Source: Coniocarpon cinnabarinum
Taxonomy: Eukaryota
Direction: 5' to 3'
DNA: 64,000 nt
NCBI GenBank assembly: GCA_051942205.1
Contig: JAVECO010000066.1
Location: forward strand, 1-64,000
The number at the start of each line of letters is the position of its first letter. The stretch's first letter is position 1. Below, in pieces: positions 1-10,519 of the stretch. The notes beneath the pieces were generated by a model. That model was not told the DNA's origin. It searched no databases and saw only the letters and a list, made by a program, of their open reading frames with translations. The position numbers and the translations under genes were made by a program.

Positions 1-755
1 AGATAAGCTATATATAATATATTTATACTACTTATTATTTATATATATATAGCCTATTAAATATATATTAGATATATAGCTAAACTCTAATTATTTAATA
101 TTTATCTTTAAGTACTATAGTTTTTTTTTTTATTAGTTTATTATATATAGTATATATAACTATAATATACTTATTAAGTATAAAAAATACTTTTCTTATT
201 TTTATATTAAAATACTATAGTTCTTTTTTTATTTTTTATAACTACTATATTATAAAAAGATAAAAGCTACTTTATATTAATAAAGCTATTTTTTAGGCTA
301 CTTTCTTTAAAAAAAAATTATTTTATAAAATTATATAGTAAAGATAGTAAATACTATATACTAATAAAATAGATAATAAAAAAAATAAAATTAAATACTA
401 AATAATTTTTAAAAAGCAAAAAAGTAACTTATACTCTCTACTTAAGTAACATATAATTATTAAGTATACTAATAGTATATAATATATATTCTAGAAACCT
501 GCTTATTCTAGTTACGTGCTATATTAATGTATACAGACCTCTTTCTAGTTTACTATCCTTATAATAGCTACCTATTATATCTTAACTTTTAGGTAAAAAT
601 ACTTATATATAAGTAGATATATATAATAGTTATATTAATACTTTAAGGCTTTTACTACTATAACTAGTATATACATATCTAAATATTGCAGTTATTTTAA
701 TAATATTAATGTATATAACAGTAATTTCTAACATTTTTATGTATACGAAAGTAAT
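1..755. repeat. AT-rich, RIP-mutated repeat or transposon relic (AT-rich isochore)
   Basis: Almost pure A/T with abundant TpA and very few CpA/TpG, no ORFs, and a sharp shift to balanced GC at ~760. The source element cannot be identified by eye. Confidence 0.8.
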
Positions 756-1186
756 ATGCTGCGGTGCACGCGAGATCACGTGTTCATTCGTCTTACCACC
801 CGGCGTCCTCAGCTCGCACTTATGGCATCGGCTGTAAAGACTGGTAGATACAGACGTTGAAGCTACTCAGATAGTGAGCACGAAGGCAACAGCTCCGACT
901 GCGTTGGAAAAGGATCTGCCACCCAAGGCCATGCGGTGGCACCTTCTAACATAATGATGAGTAGCGGAAGGCACCAAAAGCTATCATTCTTAACCGACAA
1001 AGGAGCACCAACGACACAGGCGAAGTTCGATTCCCACGAATTTGATTGCGTGTACAAGACACAGTCCTGATCGATGAATCCCAAATTATGACAGACCCAG
1101 TCCTCTATCATGATAGCGGTTGGCTGGCTGGCTTGCCATCCAAGGGCGTAAGCGCCCTGACCTCTGTCAGACCTCCAAGCCTGACT

Positions 1187-3213
1187 TCATTGCAAGGACC
1201 AGCCTTCAGCGCCTCGACCACGATCTCTGTCTATAACAATTGGTCGCTGCTCATCGAGACTTCTTCTGCCCGCCTCGAGGATCGCTGCGGTGCAGACTGT
1301 TGTTGACAATGTCGGCAAGCCTCGCTCGTTGATTTGAGTTAGCACCTGCGCTTTGCTGTCCACACCCACCGCGTTGTTGACTTCCTCGACACTGTCTATA
1401 AACTTCTCGATTGACTGGTACCCGTAGCCACCTTGGCCGCCGAAATTGCCTTTCTCATCAGGAGAATACCTCATGTAAAATGGATTCAGCCAATTAATGC
1501 CAGCGTCGTCACTGCAAACTTCGTAACCACGTTTAGCTTGATCGACGCGAATCTCGCCATTGGCTACGCCGAAAAGTGTCAGCCTGTGTGCCTTAATGAA
1601 TGGAAGACAGGAATTATTGTCAAGCGTGAACAAACGAATGTAGTGGCGAAGCGAAAGTTTAGGGGACGAGCTTCTTGCGTATGGATCACGAAGCTGACGG
1701 CGAGAGCGCTCAGAGCCTCACCATTGCCTGATTGGCGCTGCCGCAAGTATTTCTGTTGATGACCCTTGGTTTGCAACCTTTTAAGAGTGCTCCTTGAGCT
1801 ACGTTGTGTGGTCGGGAAGGACTGCACAAGCTAAATTTGCTGTCTAGTATGTCGACACAGCAACTTACCTGCAAGATAGTGAAAGCGCTGCTGGCTGTGG
1901 ACTCCTGCCTTCCGTGGTGCCGTCCAACTGGCAGTGTAGATTCCAGTGCCACGCTGTATGGGCTTGTTCTCTGTTCCACCTCCAGATCTCTGCACCCAGT
2001 CGACAAGTAGGGTGATAGTGTCCTCGGTGCCTTCTTGACAGCCCAGGCCTTCCGCAATTCCAAGGCTCGCACTTGCCGTCACACGCACTGGATCCCAACC
2101 TTCTCCTATCATGGAGTCATGCACATCAATATGATGGCTATTGAGGTAGTAGCTAATGTCAGAGTCTTTACCAGCCCAAGCTTTGAATGTTTCAAGCTGG
2201 CTTTTCGGCTGCGACATGTAGGCATAAAAATAGTTGAAGGGCCCGAGGCTCGACGCACGGAACCTCGCGTCTGCGTAAGCTGGGTCAAAGCGTTTGTGGT
2301 GCTCCACGAATACTAGTACATTCCTTTCTCGTGCTTTTACGAGCAGGTCAATGTGATGAGCTAGAAGCTTCGTGGCGGGCTTCGTGAGGAGGACGTGGAC
2401 TCCACGCTCGATGGCATAAAGCGCGATGGGATAATGCGTCGGGTCGGGAGAAAAAATCGTACAAGCGTCCCCAGGATTGAGGCTGTCGATTGCCTTCTTA
2501 TACGCTTCTATATCCCGAGCTACGGAGTCTGGCGGGAAGGAATCGAAGGACGTGTCAAGGCCGTTGTACACGTTGCTAATATTCTTCTGCAGATGTGCGC
2601 GTATGGCTTCGAATTTCGTCTGCCGTTGGAGGTCTCAGTACTGATCACAACGCAATTCGATGCACTGAAAGGCCGACGGCACGTTCGCAGTCGTGCTTGC
2701 AGCTTCAGCAATGAGAGCGATCCTAGGAGGAGGACCCTTTGTCCAAAGCTTTGCGTCGCTATCAGTGGCCAACAGTACTTGCCCAGCAACGATGCCTCGT
2801 AAAGCACTGGAGGGCTTTGACCACAATGGCCACAGCTTCAGTGCCCTGAGTTCCGTGACGATAGGACTCGTTACTGAGACCTCGAGCTGCGCGCCGCCAC
2901 ACACATGAGGCTGGAATCACCGCGATACAAATGAGATGAGACTTACGCCGGTTGTGCCAACCCTGGATTAGATCAGCCAGATCGACTTGTGGATGTGTGC
3001 CAGCTTACATGCTCAGCCTGCCCGCCTTACCACGTCGACGAAGATCAAACAGCACCGGGGCAATGACGCCGATTTTCTTGTCAGACGTGGACTGGCTGCC
3101 ACCGACGAATCCGGTTGTGTATTCGCCTGTGCCAATCTGGACGCCGGTCGAGTCAGAGACGTCCAGGCCTCGACATTCGGAGTACCTACCATGCACACGT
3201 TGGTAGGGGCCAT
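1187..3213 (-). CDS. gaaA: D-galacturonate reductase-like Gfo/Idh/MocA oxidoreductase (5 exons)
   Basis: Spliced: MAPTNVCM | [13 protein letters not shown]...[13 protein letters not shown] | 16-nt micro-exon VGTTG (2947-2962) | [15 protein letters not shown]...[10 protein letters not shown]...[17 protein letters not shown]...HYLA | [14 protein letters not shown]...WSLQ*. Closely matches my recollection of Aspergillus niger GaaA. Long introns at 2620-2946 and 1564-1868. Confidence 0.85.
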
Positions 3214-3536
3214 GGCTGGAGTGAGTGATGGAGTTGATCCTCTGTATACGGTATGTCTACCTCGAAAGGCTTCCAGAACACTCACCAGGTCATTCAAGGT
3301 CCTGCCATCGCAAATATTTGAATGGCTCACGTGCTATCCCACAATCCTACCCACGCGCACCATCTTTCACCCGACGCCCGCTGCGTTTGTTCCATTTGCG
3401 CGTACGGCACGACACAAGACAGGGGTCCACCATGTCCTGGGCGTCACGGCCTCGACATGCGCTTCGGCACTTAGCACGGACGTCTACGCCAGCTGCCACA
3501 AGGCGCGAGCATCCGGAGTCGCACGTGACTGTCTAG

Positions 3537-5422
3537 TCATGACGCACCCCCCCAGGGGCGTTTCAGGAATGACTTCCATGCCCGCAGATCCTTCTTTCCC
3601 TGCTCGGTTTTGCTCAGCGTGATCGCCATGCACAAGCCTGAGGTGAGCAGGCAGCTTCCGCTGTACAGCTGCACGCTCGTATAGCTCGTGTATCGAGTGA
3701 CCAGTTCTCCTGCAATGACAGGTCCTGCGGAGGAGTCAGAACCGACCAGATTTCGCCGTTGCAGCGTCTCCAACTTGACGTTCCCGTCACGATCGCACGA
3801 AATAGACGAAGTCCCTGTCTTTTCACACCTACTAAACAGGAGCACACATTCTTGCGAGGCAAGTGAAGAAAGCCGTCGAACTCACCGGTGAGCGCGAAAA
3901 AGGCAGAACATGAGTAAAGCATGCCGATCCACTGGCCTAGCTTATGTTCGCTACTAGGCCGGCTCTGCTGCAAAACCCAAGCTACCGAAGCAGGCATCAT
4001 GCCAATCATGGCTCCAGAGGCAGCTCCTAACGTGACCACAAACACCAATGCCGTCTGCAAAGAGTCCGTGAAGGTCCACAGCAATAGGACTAGAAGGGCG
4101 CCCGTGATTGTAGACAAGCAGTGAACTAGGAGAGTGCCAAACCTGTGACCGAGAAGTTAGACCTTGATGACTAAGAGAAATGCAGTGGAAGGTAGAGGCG
4201 CACGCACTTATCCGAAAGGAATGCGGCACTCAAACGACCAACTGTGCTGGATATGTTGAGTATTGACAAGAGCCAGAAGGTGTCTATAGAGTTGTCGCAC
4301 GACTTCTGAGGGGCATCGGCGTTCGAGGTTGCTGGTAATCCTTCGCTGCAATTGATTCCGCGCTGCGCTGCCCAACTTTCCAAGTTGAAAAAGACTGCGT
4401 AGAAGCCGAGGAACATGAAACAGATCGAACTTGTTAGCCAGCAGAAGGAAGCATTTTGTCTCGCGTCGATATCCCACCATGCACGCACTTCTAACCACTT
4501 TGGCAATTGACGGTGATGGTGGGCAGGATTAGGCCTTGCAAGACAAACTGATAGAATTGACGTGAAACCGATACCACCAGCAACCACTTGGACGCCTCTG
4601 TTGAAGCCAAATTTCCTGATAGTGGAAGCTGCGATGAGGGGATAGACAAGACCGGCTGCCGTAGCCATGAGCTTTTCAAATGGCTCCATGCATGTGTCGA
4701 ATCTGCTACTCACCTACACTAGCGCCACAGGCAACGACGCCAATAGCGAGGGCCTTCTTGCTGGGGAACCAAGTCGCGACGACTGCCAATCAGCATCAGA
4801 AAGCTCGTTGTCTCATTCTTCCCTTGTTCATTGAAACATACCCTGCGAGCTTGTGACGAAGAGAAACGACATGCCAAAGCCCTGCAACAATCCCTGAATA
4901 GCATATATCGCTGCGAAAGATCGAGCATAGGACAAAGCGAACATAGATACGGTGATTATAACGCCACCTGTCGTAGTAAGCGTTCCACAGTACCCAGCAT
5001 CAGAAATTCTGCCGACGAAAGTGGAACAAAACAATAACATAAAGCATTGCGTAGACCCTACAAGGTTCCACATGATGGGCGATCTGCTTGGGAGCAGGTG
5101 TCGTTGGTAGTAGCTGGCGAACGTCCTTTCATGCGAGCATCAACGCTCCGAACTCTGCAGTCGAGCCTGTGGTGACAAAGACTCACCCATAACTATTAAG
5201 AACGCCCCAGCAGTTGAACCTACTTGGCCGTCAGCCTGAGATCATTTTCCCAAAGACGTGCTTCGCGCCCATAAATGAGTACATTAAGAAAAAGCATCCG
5301 CAAGCGCATAGGTATCGTCGCCCGGGTCGCAGTGAAGTTGACAATGCCACGTTGCTCGTTTCCTTGTCTACAGGCTCAACCCGCACCTGCCTTTTCCTTA
5401 TACATTGCAAATTGAGTAACAT
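3537..5422 (-). CDS. MFS monocarboxylate transporter-like protein (MCH family), multi-exon
   Basis: Spliced hydrophobic segments CGCFFLM|FNCWGVLNSYG|TFASYY, FVGRISDAG, WFPSKKALAIGVVACGASVAGLVYP, LGQWIGMLYS and GPVIAGELV are typical of MCT-type MFS transporters. GT-AG introns join the frames. Confidence 0.85.
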
Positions 5423-6269
5423 GTTGTAGCGCTGGAGACAGCCAAAAAACTTATGAGGACTTCCTGATCCTCAAGATAGGCACTTAAAACGTCGTCGAAA
5501 CACTTTCTACGTTACACATGTTGATGAACATGAGAGCGGCGGGCAGTTGCAAGCTGATGAGGTTCTGCCGCCGCATGATAACCACAATGAACATGCTCAT
5601 GATAGATGTGCATGAGGAGATAAGCACAGCATGGTTGCTATGATAGACGATAGCATCTAACTGAGTTTGTCGAATATTTCGGGCAAGAGATGCCGCAGAG
5701 ATTGGTGAGCCAGTGAACGAGAAGTTCCAGGAAAGTATTGAACTGAGGTGTTGGCCTCTTCCAGACTTTAATGCTTTGATATGTAACCATGGTACGTAAG
5801 AGCGTTCAGCATCTCAACAATTCCCTCATCTAGGATCAAAAGCTTGCATGTTGGCACATGATGTATTTGCTACTGACCTGTTGAAAATGAGAACTTCGTG
5901 GTAGGTCTTTCGCAGGACAGAGCAAGCGTGGATGCGACGTGATCCTCTCCGTTAGATCAATATCGTCCTGCTTCAGTGGCGGTCCGAGCTTTGGACCCGG
6001 CGCCGGTGACTATATGTATAGGGCAAACGAGTGGTGATTGCGGGTCGAATCTTGACGCCAGCACACGCAGATCGGACAGATATATGCAGAAGGTCTCCTG
6101 TGTTGATTTCGTGGACGCGCCTCAGAAGGTAACGTGCAGATGCTCAAATGAGGCGAGGCTCAAGCCGGAAACGCAGCTGAAGATGCTTGCAAATCAAAAC
6201 CACGGGCCAAAATTCAGTCCGTTGCTTCTGGCCTGGTTATTCTCGTCCGTTGCCTCATTGAGATGAGCT

Positions 6270-7622
6270 TCACAAGCTATCCACGTTTGCTGCTTGGATA
6301 ACCTCTGCTTTCAGCTTCTTCGCCCGTCGTTTCCGCTCGTTGTCACCGTTTTCTTGTTCTTCCTTTCCTGTCAGCTTCGGGCGCATTTGTGAAGTGCCTT
6401 CCTCCGATCCAGGGTAATTTAACGACTCACGCGTCGTTGCTTCCTTTCTGTATTTGCGCGAAGTATTGCCAGGGTTATGTTCGCGCTTTCCTTCCGCCAC
6501 GGTGGAGGGATTCGAGTTTTGGCGCTTGCGTTTCTGTCGAGGCCCTGCCTTTTCAGGGAGCACGTCTTGTTCTTCGGCCCAAAGCCTATCAGCTAGCCAA
6601 ACAGGTAGGGCAGGTGTGTTCGGACCTTTAATGTGGATTGCGCGAACATTGCGCCAGCCTTGAGGTATCAACTTCGAAATCATGCTGTTCACAACAGCAT
6701 CGATATTAGCACTGCTTTGGACAGCATCCATCCCAGCAAGCGCCACTTTCACTGCGGTTGTGTTGCTTGTCGATAGGTGCACTACTGCTGAATGCAAAGC
6801 TTTCTCGACCTCCTTTGCGATGACACTCGGCTTTGCGACACCGTTGCCCACAGTCCCTTTGGTGCTCCGTCGGCCTTCGCCTGTTCCCAACTTCTGAGCT
6901 TGCGCGCCTTCGATGTTCACTGGGATGGGACGTTTCGTGCCGCCATGGAAAAAGACCTTGCCTAGTATCTTGGGAAGATAAGTCCACACCCGTGAGTCAG
7001 CTAGGAATAGATCGTGCTCGGAAGCCAGCTGCCGCTTCGATTCAAAAGACTTGTAACGAGCTTTGAGCTTTTGAAGGCCGATGATTCGCGTGATGCGACC
7101 ACGCAATGCAGAGGGAAATGCAGGGTCGGCTATTGCATCTTTGTACAAACGCTGAGGGTCCGACGTAATGAGACAGATCGAGGAATCGCTAGCGTCATAA
7201 AGCCCATGTGGAATTTCACTACAGGTGAATCAGCTACACATGTTGTTAAAGCAGCGAGGTAGACAACGGACATCTTATGAGGCTTTAGGCGGGTGCGATC
7301 CAAGATGTGTCTCTTGCCTGTGAACACCATCCATATTGGAACATCGTTGAGACGATCGGCATGGGAGGCTGATGAAGAACTTGGGTGATCCGTGGTGAGG
7401 AGGTCGCGTTTCTCGGCCCTGGAGTCCCTCTGGCGTATGGCATTGGTTATGTTTTGCTGCAAAACTTTGCAAGCCTTCCTAGTCTACAGCCTCTTAGCAA
7501 CCTTCGGACGTTGAACGAAAGTGAGGCCCAAGACGCACTTGTGTCAGATCCAGCTGGTATGGAGACTCGGATCTTCTGCCCGGACCAGCGGCGCCATCGG
7601 TCGTGGGCGAGGTCATTGCCAT
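6270..7622 (-). CDS. CIC1: Ribosomal protein L1-domain ribosome biogenesis protein (Cic1/Utp30/RSL1D1 family)
   Basis: Motifs IIGLQKLKARYKSFESKRQLASEHDLFLADSR, LPKILGKVFF and GWRNVRAIHIKGPNTPALPVW, with a basic C-terminal tail. Upstream exons are MAMTSPTT...PYQLDLTQ and ...PIWMVFTGKRHILDRTRLKPHK. Confidence 0.85.
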
Positions 7623-7886
7623 TCAGAACAAGTGGCTGCGTGAAGAGTACTCCGTAAAGTTGCAAGCTTTCGAGTGTGGAAGTCACCGGACTTGAAAAAG
7701 TTATCTCCGAAGAGCGTCCGAGTTCACGTCGCGTGAAGGCGCGCCTAAGAAACTGTAGCGTGTGTGCTGCACCCGCCAACTCTGTGGCCCACTGCTCGAC
7801 GGATTTCGCGTCCATTGCTTGTCCAAGTCCCTTTCTGTCCTCTCCGCTTGACTTGTTGCAACCTGTCTTTCTGCAACTCAGTTCTC

Positions 7887-7913
7887 GTTGTTGTTGTTGT
7901 TGTTGTTGTTGTT
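7887..7913. repeat. (GTT)9 microsatellite in the CIC1/TOS4 divergent intergenic region
   Basis: Read directly as gttgttgtt... Confidence 0.95.
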
Positions 7914-8032
7914 CATGTACAACTACGACGCTCGTCCTGCAGCACACCAACCCCACGACGCCTCTCCCAGCACCAGCCATTGCAGTCTTGACACGACGAC
8001 CGAGCTGGGCTTTCTGATGCTTTCAATACAGC

Positions 8033-9642
8033 ATGGAATCTTCTAAGAGCAAGTTGGGGAGCCCAGTCCCCAGATCGACTCCCGTTACGCAGTCAAACAT
8101 GCGGACTGGCCTTCTCCCGGCCTTTGAACCGTCTTCATCACCACGCCTCCCTCGACCGAACAAGCGCAAACATGATGGCTCGCCTGTGCCGCCGTGCAGT
8201 GACTTGAAGCGATACCCAACCCCAGTCCCGACATCTTCGACCGGTGTGATTGCTTCGTCCTCCCCTCATCAACCTAACCGCCTAACGCATCCGCCTCTGC
8301 AACGCACCGCGTCTACAGTATCTGAACGCGTACCGTTAGGTGATGTACGTGGTCTTGAGCTCAATATCAACGGTGCGCCCTTGCTGCTTGGCAGATCCAG
8401 CAATTCCTCTCAGTACCAGCTCTCGGCCAACCGTCTGATATCTCGTGTTCATGTGAAGGTGGCATACCACCGACCAGACGAACAACATCACAAGGGTCGT
8501 GTCATCATAGAGTGCCTCGGGTGGAATGGCATGCGGATATACTCCCAAGGATGTACACACGACATGAGCAAAGGAGACACATTCGTCTCCACAAAGCCAC
8601 TGGCAGAGATCATGGTAGGCGTTCAAGATGCAAGAGTCTTGATTCGATGGCCTTCCCTCGTCCGCAAAGACTCGGCGTGCACATCACTTGATGCCACTTG
8701 GGAGGTCGATGGCTCTCCCGCGGGTCCTACACCTCCAGCTACCCCGTTCCCGTCAAGCCCCCCTCTCATACGCAGTCACCTGCGCTCACCGGTGTCACCG
8801 TCGTCGCGCTCGTCTCATAATCCCACCGCATCGAATACCTTTCTGGGTCTTCCCAGCTGTCCCCCGTCCAGTCCGCCTGCAGTGCAAGTCTACGAAGATC
8901 GACGGTCGTCGGACCGGTCTGTACAAATCAGCAACGTGGAGGTGGGCGAGCAACGGGAACCCCAGTCATCGTCCAAAGTGTCCCAGACCTCTTCTTCTCT
9001 TTCTGAACCTGAAGAATTTTCCGATCATGACGAAGAGAACGATCCGATCATCCATTCGTTTGGCCCATTTGGTGAGAATCTGCTTCCACGTATGGCATCC
9101 TTTCGTGCCGTGTCCCCGGAGCGGCGCAGAGAGCCCCTTCGAGCCTCCGTTTCTCCGAGACAACCCCAGTCATGGCGTTACGAATTCGGAGGAAGGCTGG
9201 GGTTGCCACAAGACATTGCTTTCTCCAATTTTGACATTAAACCCATCACAAACCACATTGTGAATCAACTGGCGTTTTCACGCCTGCATTCGTTACCTCT
9301 CGGCATACTCCTTGAAAATCTGCCAATTTCTCTGCGGGGTAGCGAGTCAAACGCAACGCAGTACTTCTCCGACGAAGGCCTTCGATCGCTCTTGGACGAT
9401 GAACCCTGTGTGGGCATGATTACGCGTGAGGGCAAGGATGCTGCGGGGAAAGCGCTGGAGAACGAGTACTATTATGTCCCCGAAATGGATGCAGATGAGG
9501 GTCGGCGGGCAGCTGTGGAGGGAGGTAAGCCAGGGATGAGAGCGGTCAGAAAGCAACACAAGGTAGGCCTCGCCAAAACAATCGAAGAGACTGAAACTGA
9601 TTCCAGAGGCAGCAATACTTTTGGAAGCGGCCGCGCCACTAA
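8033..9642 (+). CDS. TOS4: FHA-domain transcription regulator Tos4/Plm2
   Basis: FHA motifs LLLGRSSNSS...ISRVHV...LGWNG and the conserved C-terminus GKDAAGKALENEYYY...RKQHK | QYFWKRPRH* after intron 9562-9612. Confidence 0.88.
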
Positions 9643-10519
9643 CTCGTGAGGGTCATGAGGCTCAGGTTCATTCGAAACTGGCGTACCTACCTGAAGGGTC
9701 TCCTTGAGAAGCACCCTCAAGGGTGATCGACTCGTTGCGTCTACTGCTCTTTGACTTTGCAACCCGTAGAAGACAAAGTCAGAATCGAATAGTCGAGCAA
9801 CTGCACGTTTGCATTACCGTTTGGAGGTGATCTATGAACGTAAGCAAAGGGGCAGGCAGTCTGCTTGGGGTGCATCAACTAACCTGAAGGAACAACATTA
9901 CCAAGAGTGGCTCTGTATGAGGCCCCTTGATGGTATCATTACTCATATTTTGAGTCCTATTGTACTCTGTGTCAGGTAGTTTGTAAGATCCACGAACGTA
10001 AACCCTTGCTACAGCGCGTTTCAAGGCTTTTCAAAACTTACTAGAAGCTTTCGCCAGTGCGCATGCAACTTCGGAAGCCACATTACCTTTGTGCTCATGG
10101 CGTTTTCAACATGGACGTGAAATCCGTGCCTGTTCTAATATGCAGTAACCGCCATCTCTGCCCCTCGACAGTTATGATGCTGACTGGACACGGATGTGAG
10201 GCAGAACTCCAAGGCCAGCAGCTCTTGTTCTCCAGAGCGACGCATGATGTCATCCAGATTGACTTTCGGCTGTCTGCATTAGCGCCGAATGAAGCCTGTC
10301 GGTGCGGGATTGACGCGCGCCTATATCCGCTCCTAGCGTGGAGTGCGTGAACGATAAAGAATAAGTCATGCCCTCTTCCAAAACGCTTGTTGTCCTCGGC
10401 CTTCACAACGCAACTCCTGTTGCTCCACCGTTGCTTCGGCAGACCTTTGTAGCCAGTACATCAAGTGAATTGTTCAATATCTTCTCTCTCCCAAATATCT
10501 CCAATGCTCGATACTGCTG

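Noticed and set aside
1020..1040. GTTCGATTCCC resembling a tRNA T-loop
   Set aside because: The flanks do not form a T-stem and there is no acceptor or D arm.
954..1070. ATGATGA...CTGA as a possible C/D snoRNA
   Set aside because: No terminal stem and no rRNA-complementary guide next to the D box that I could recognise.
2987..3622. 211-aa plus-strand ORF, possibly a gaaC relic
   Set aside because: It overlaps gaaA and the MFS gene on the opposite strand and has no aldolase motifs.
7447..8017. PolyQ, polyC and polyV ORFs
   Set aside because: These are translation artefacts of the (GTT)9 microsatellite.
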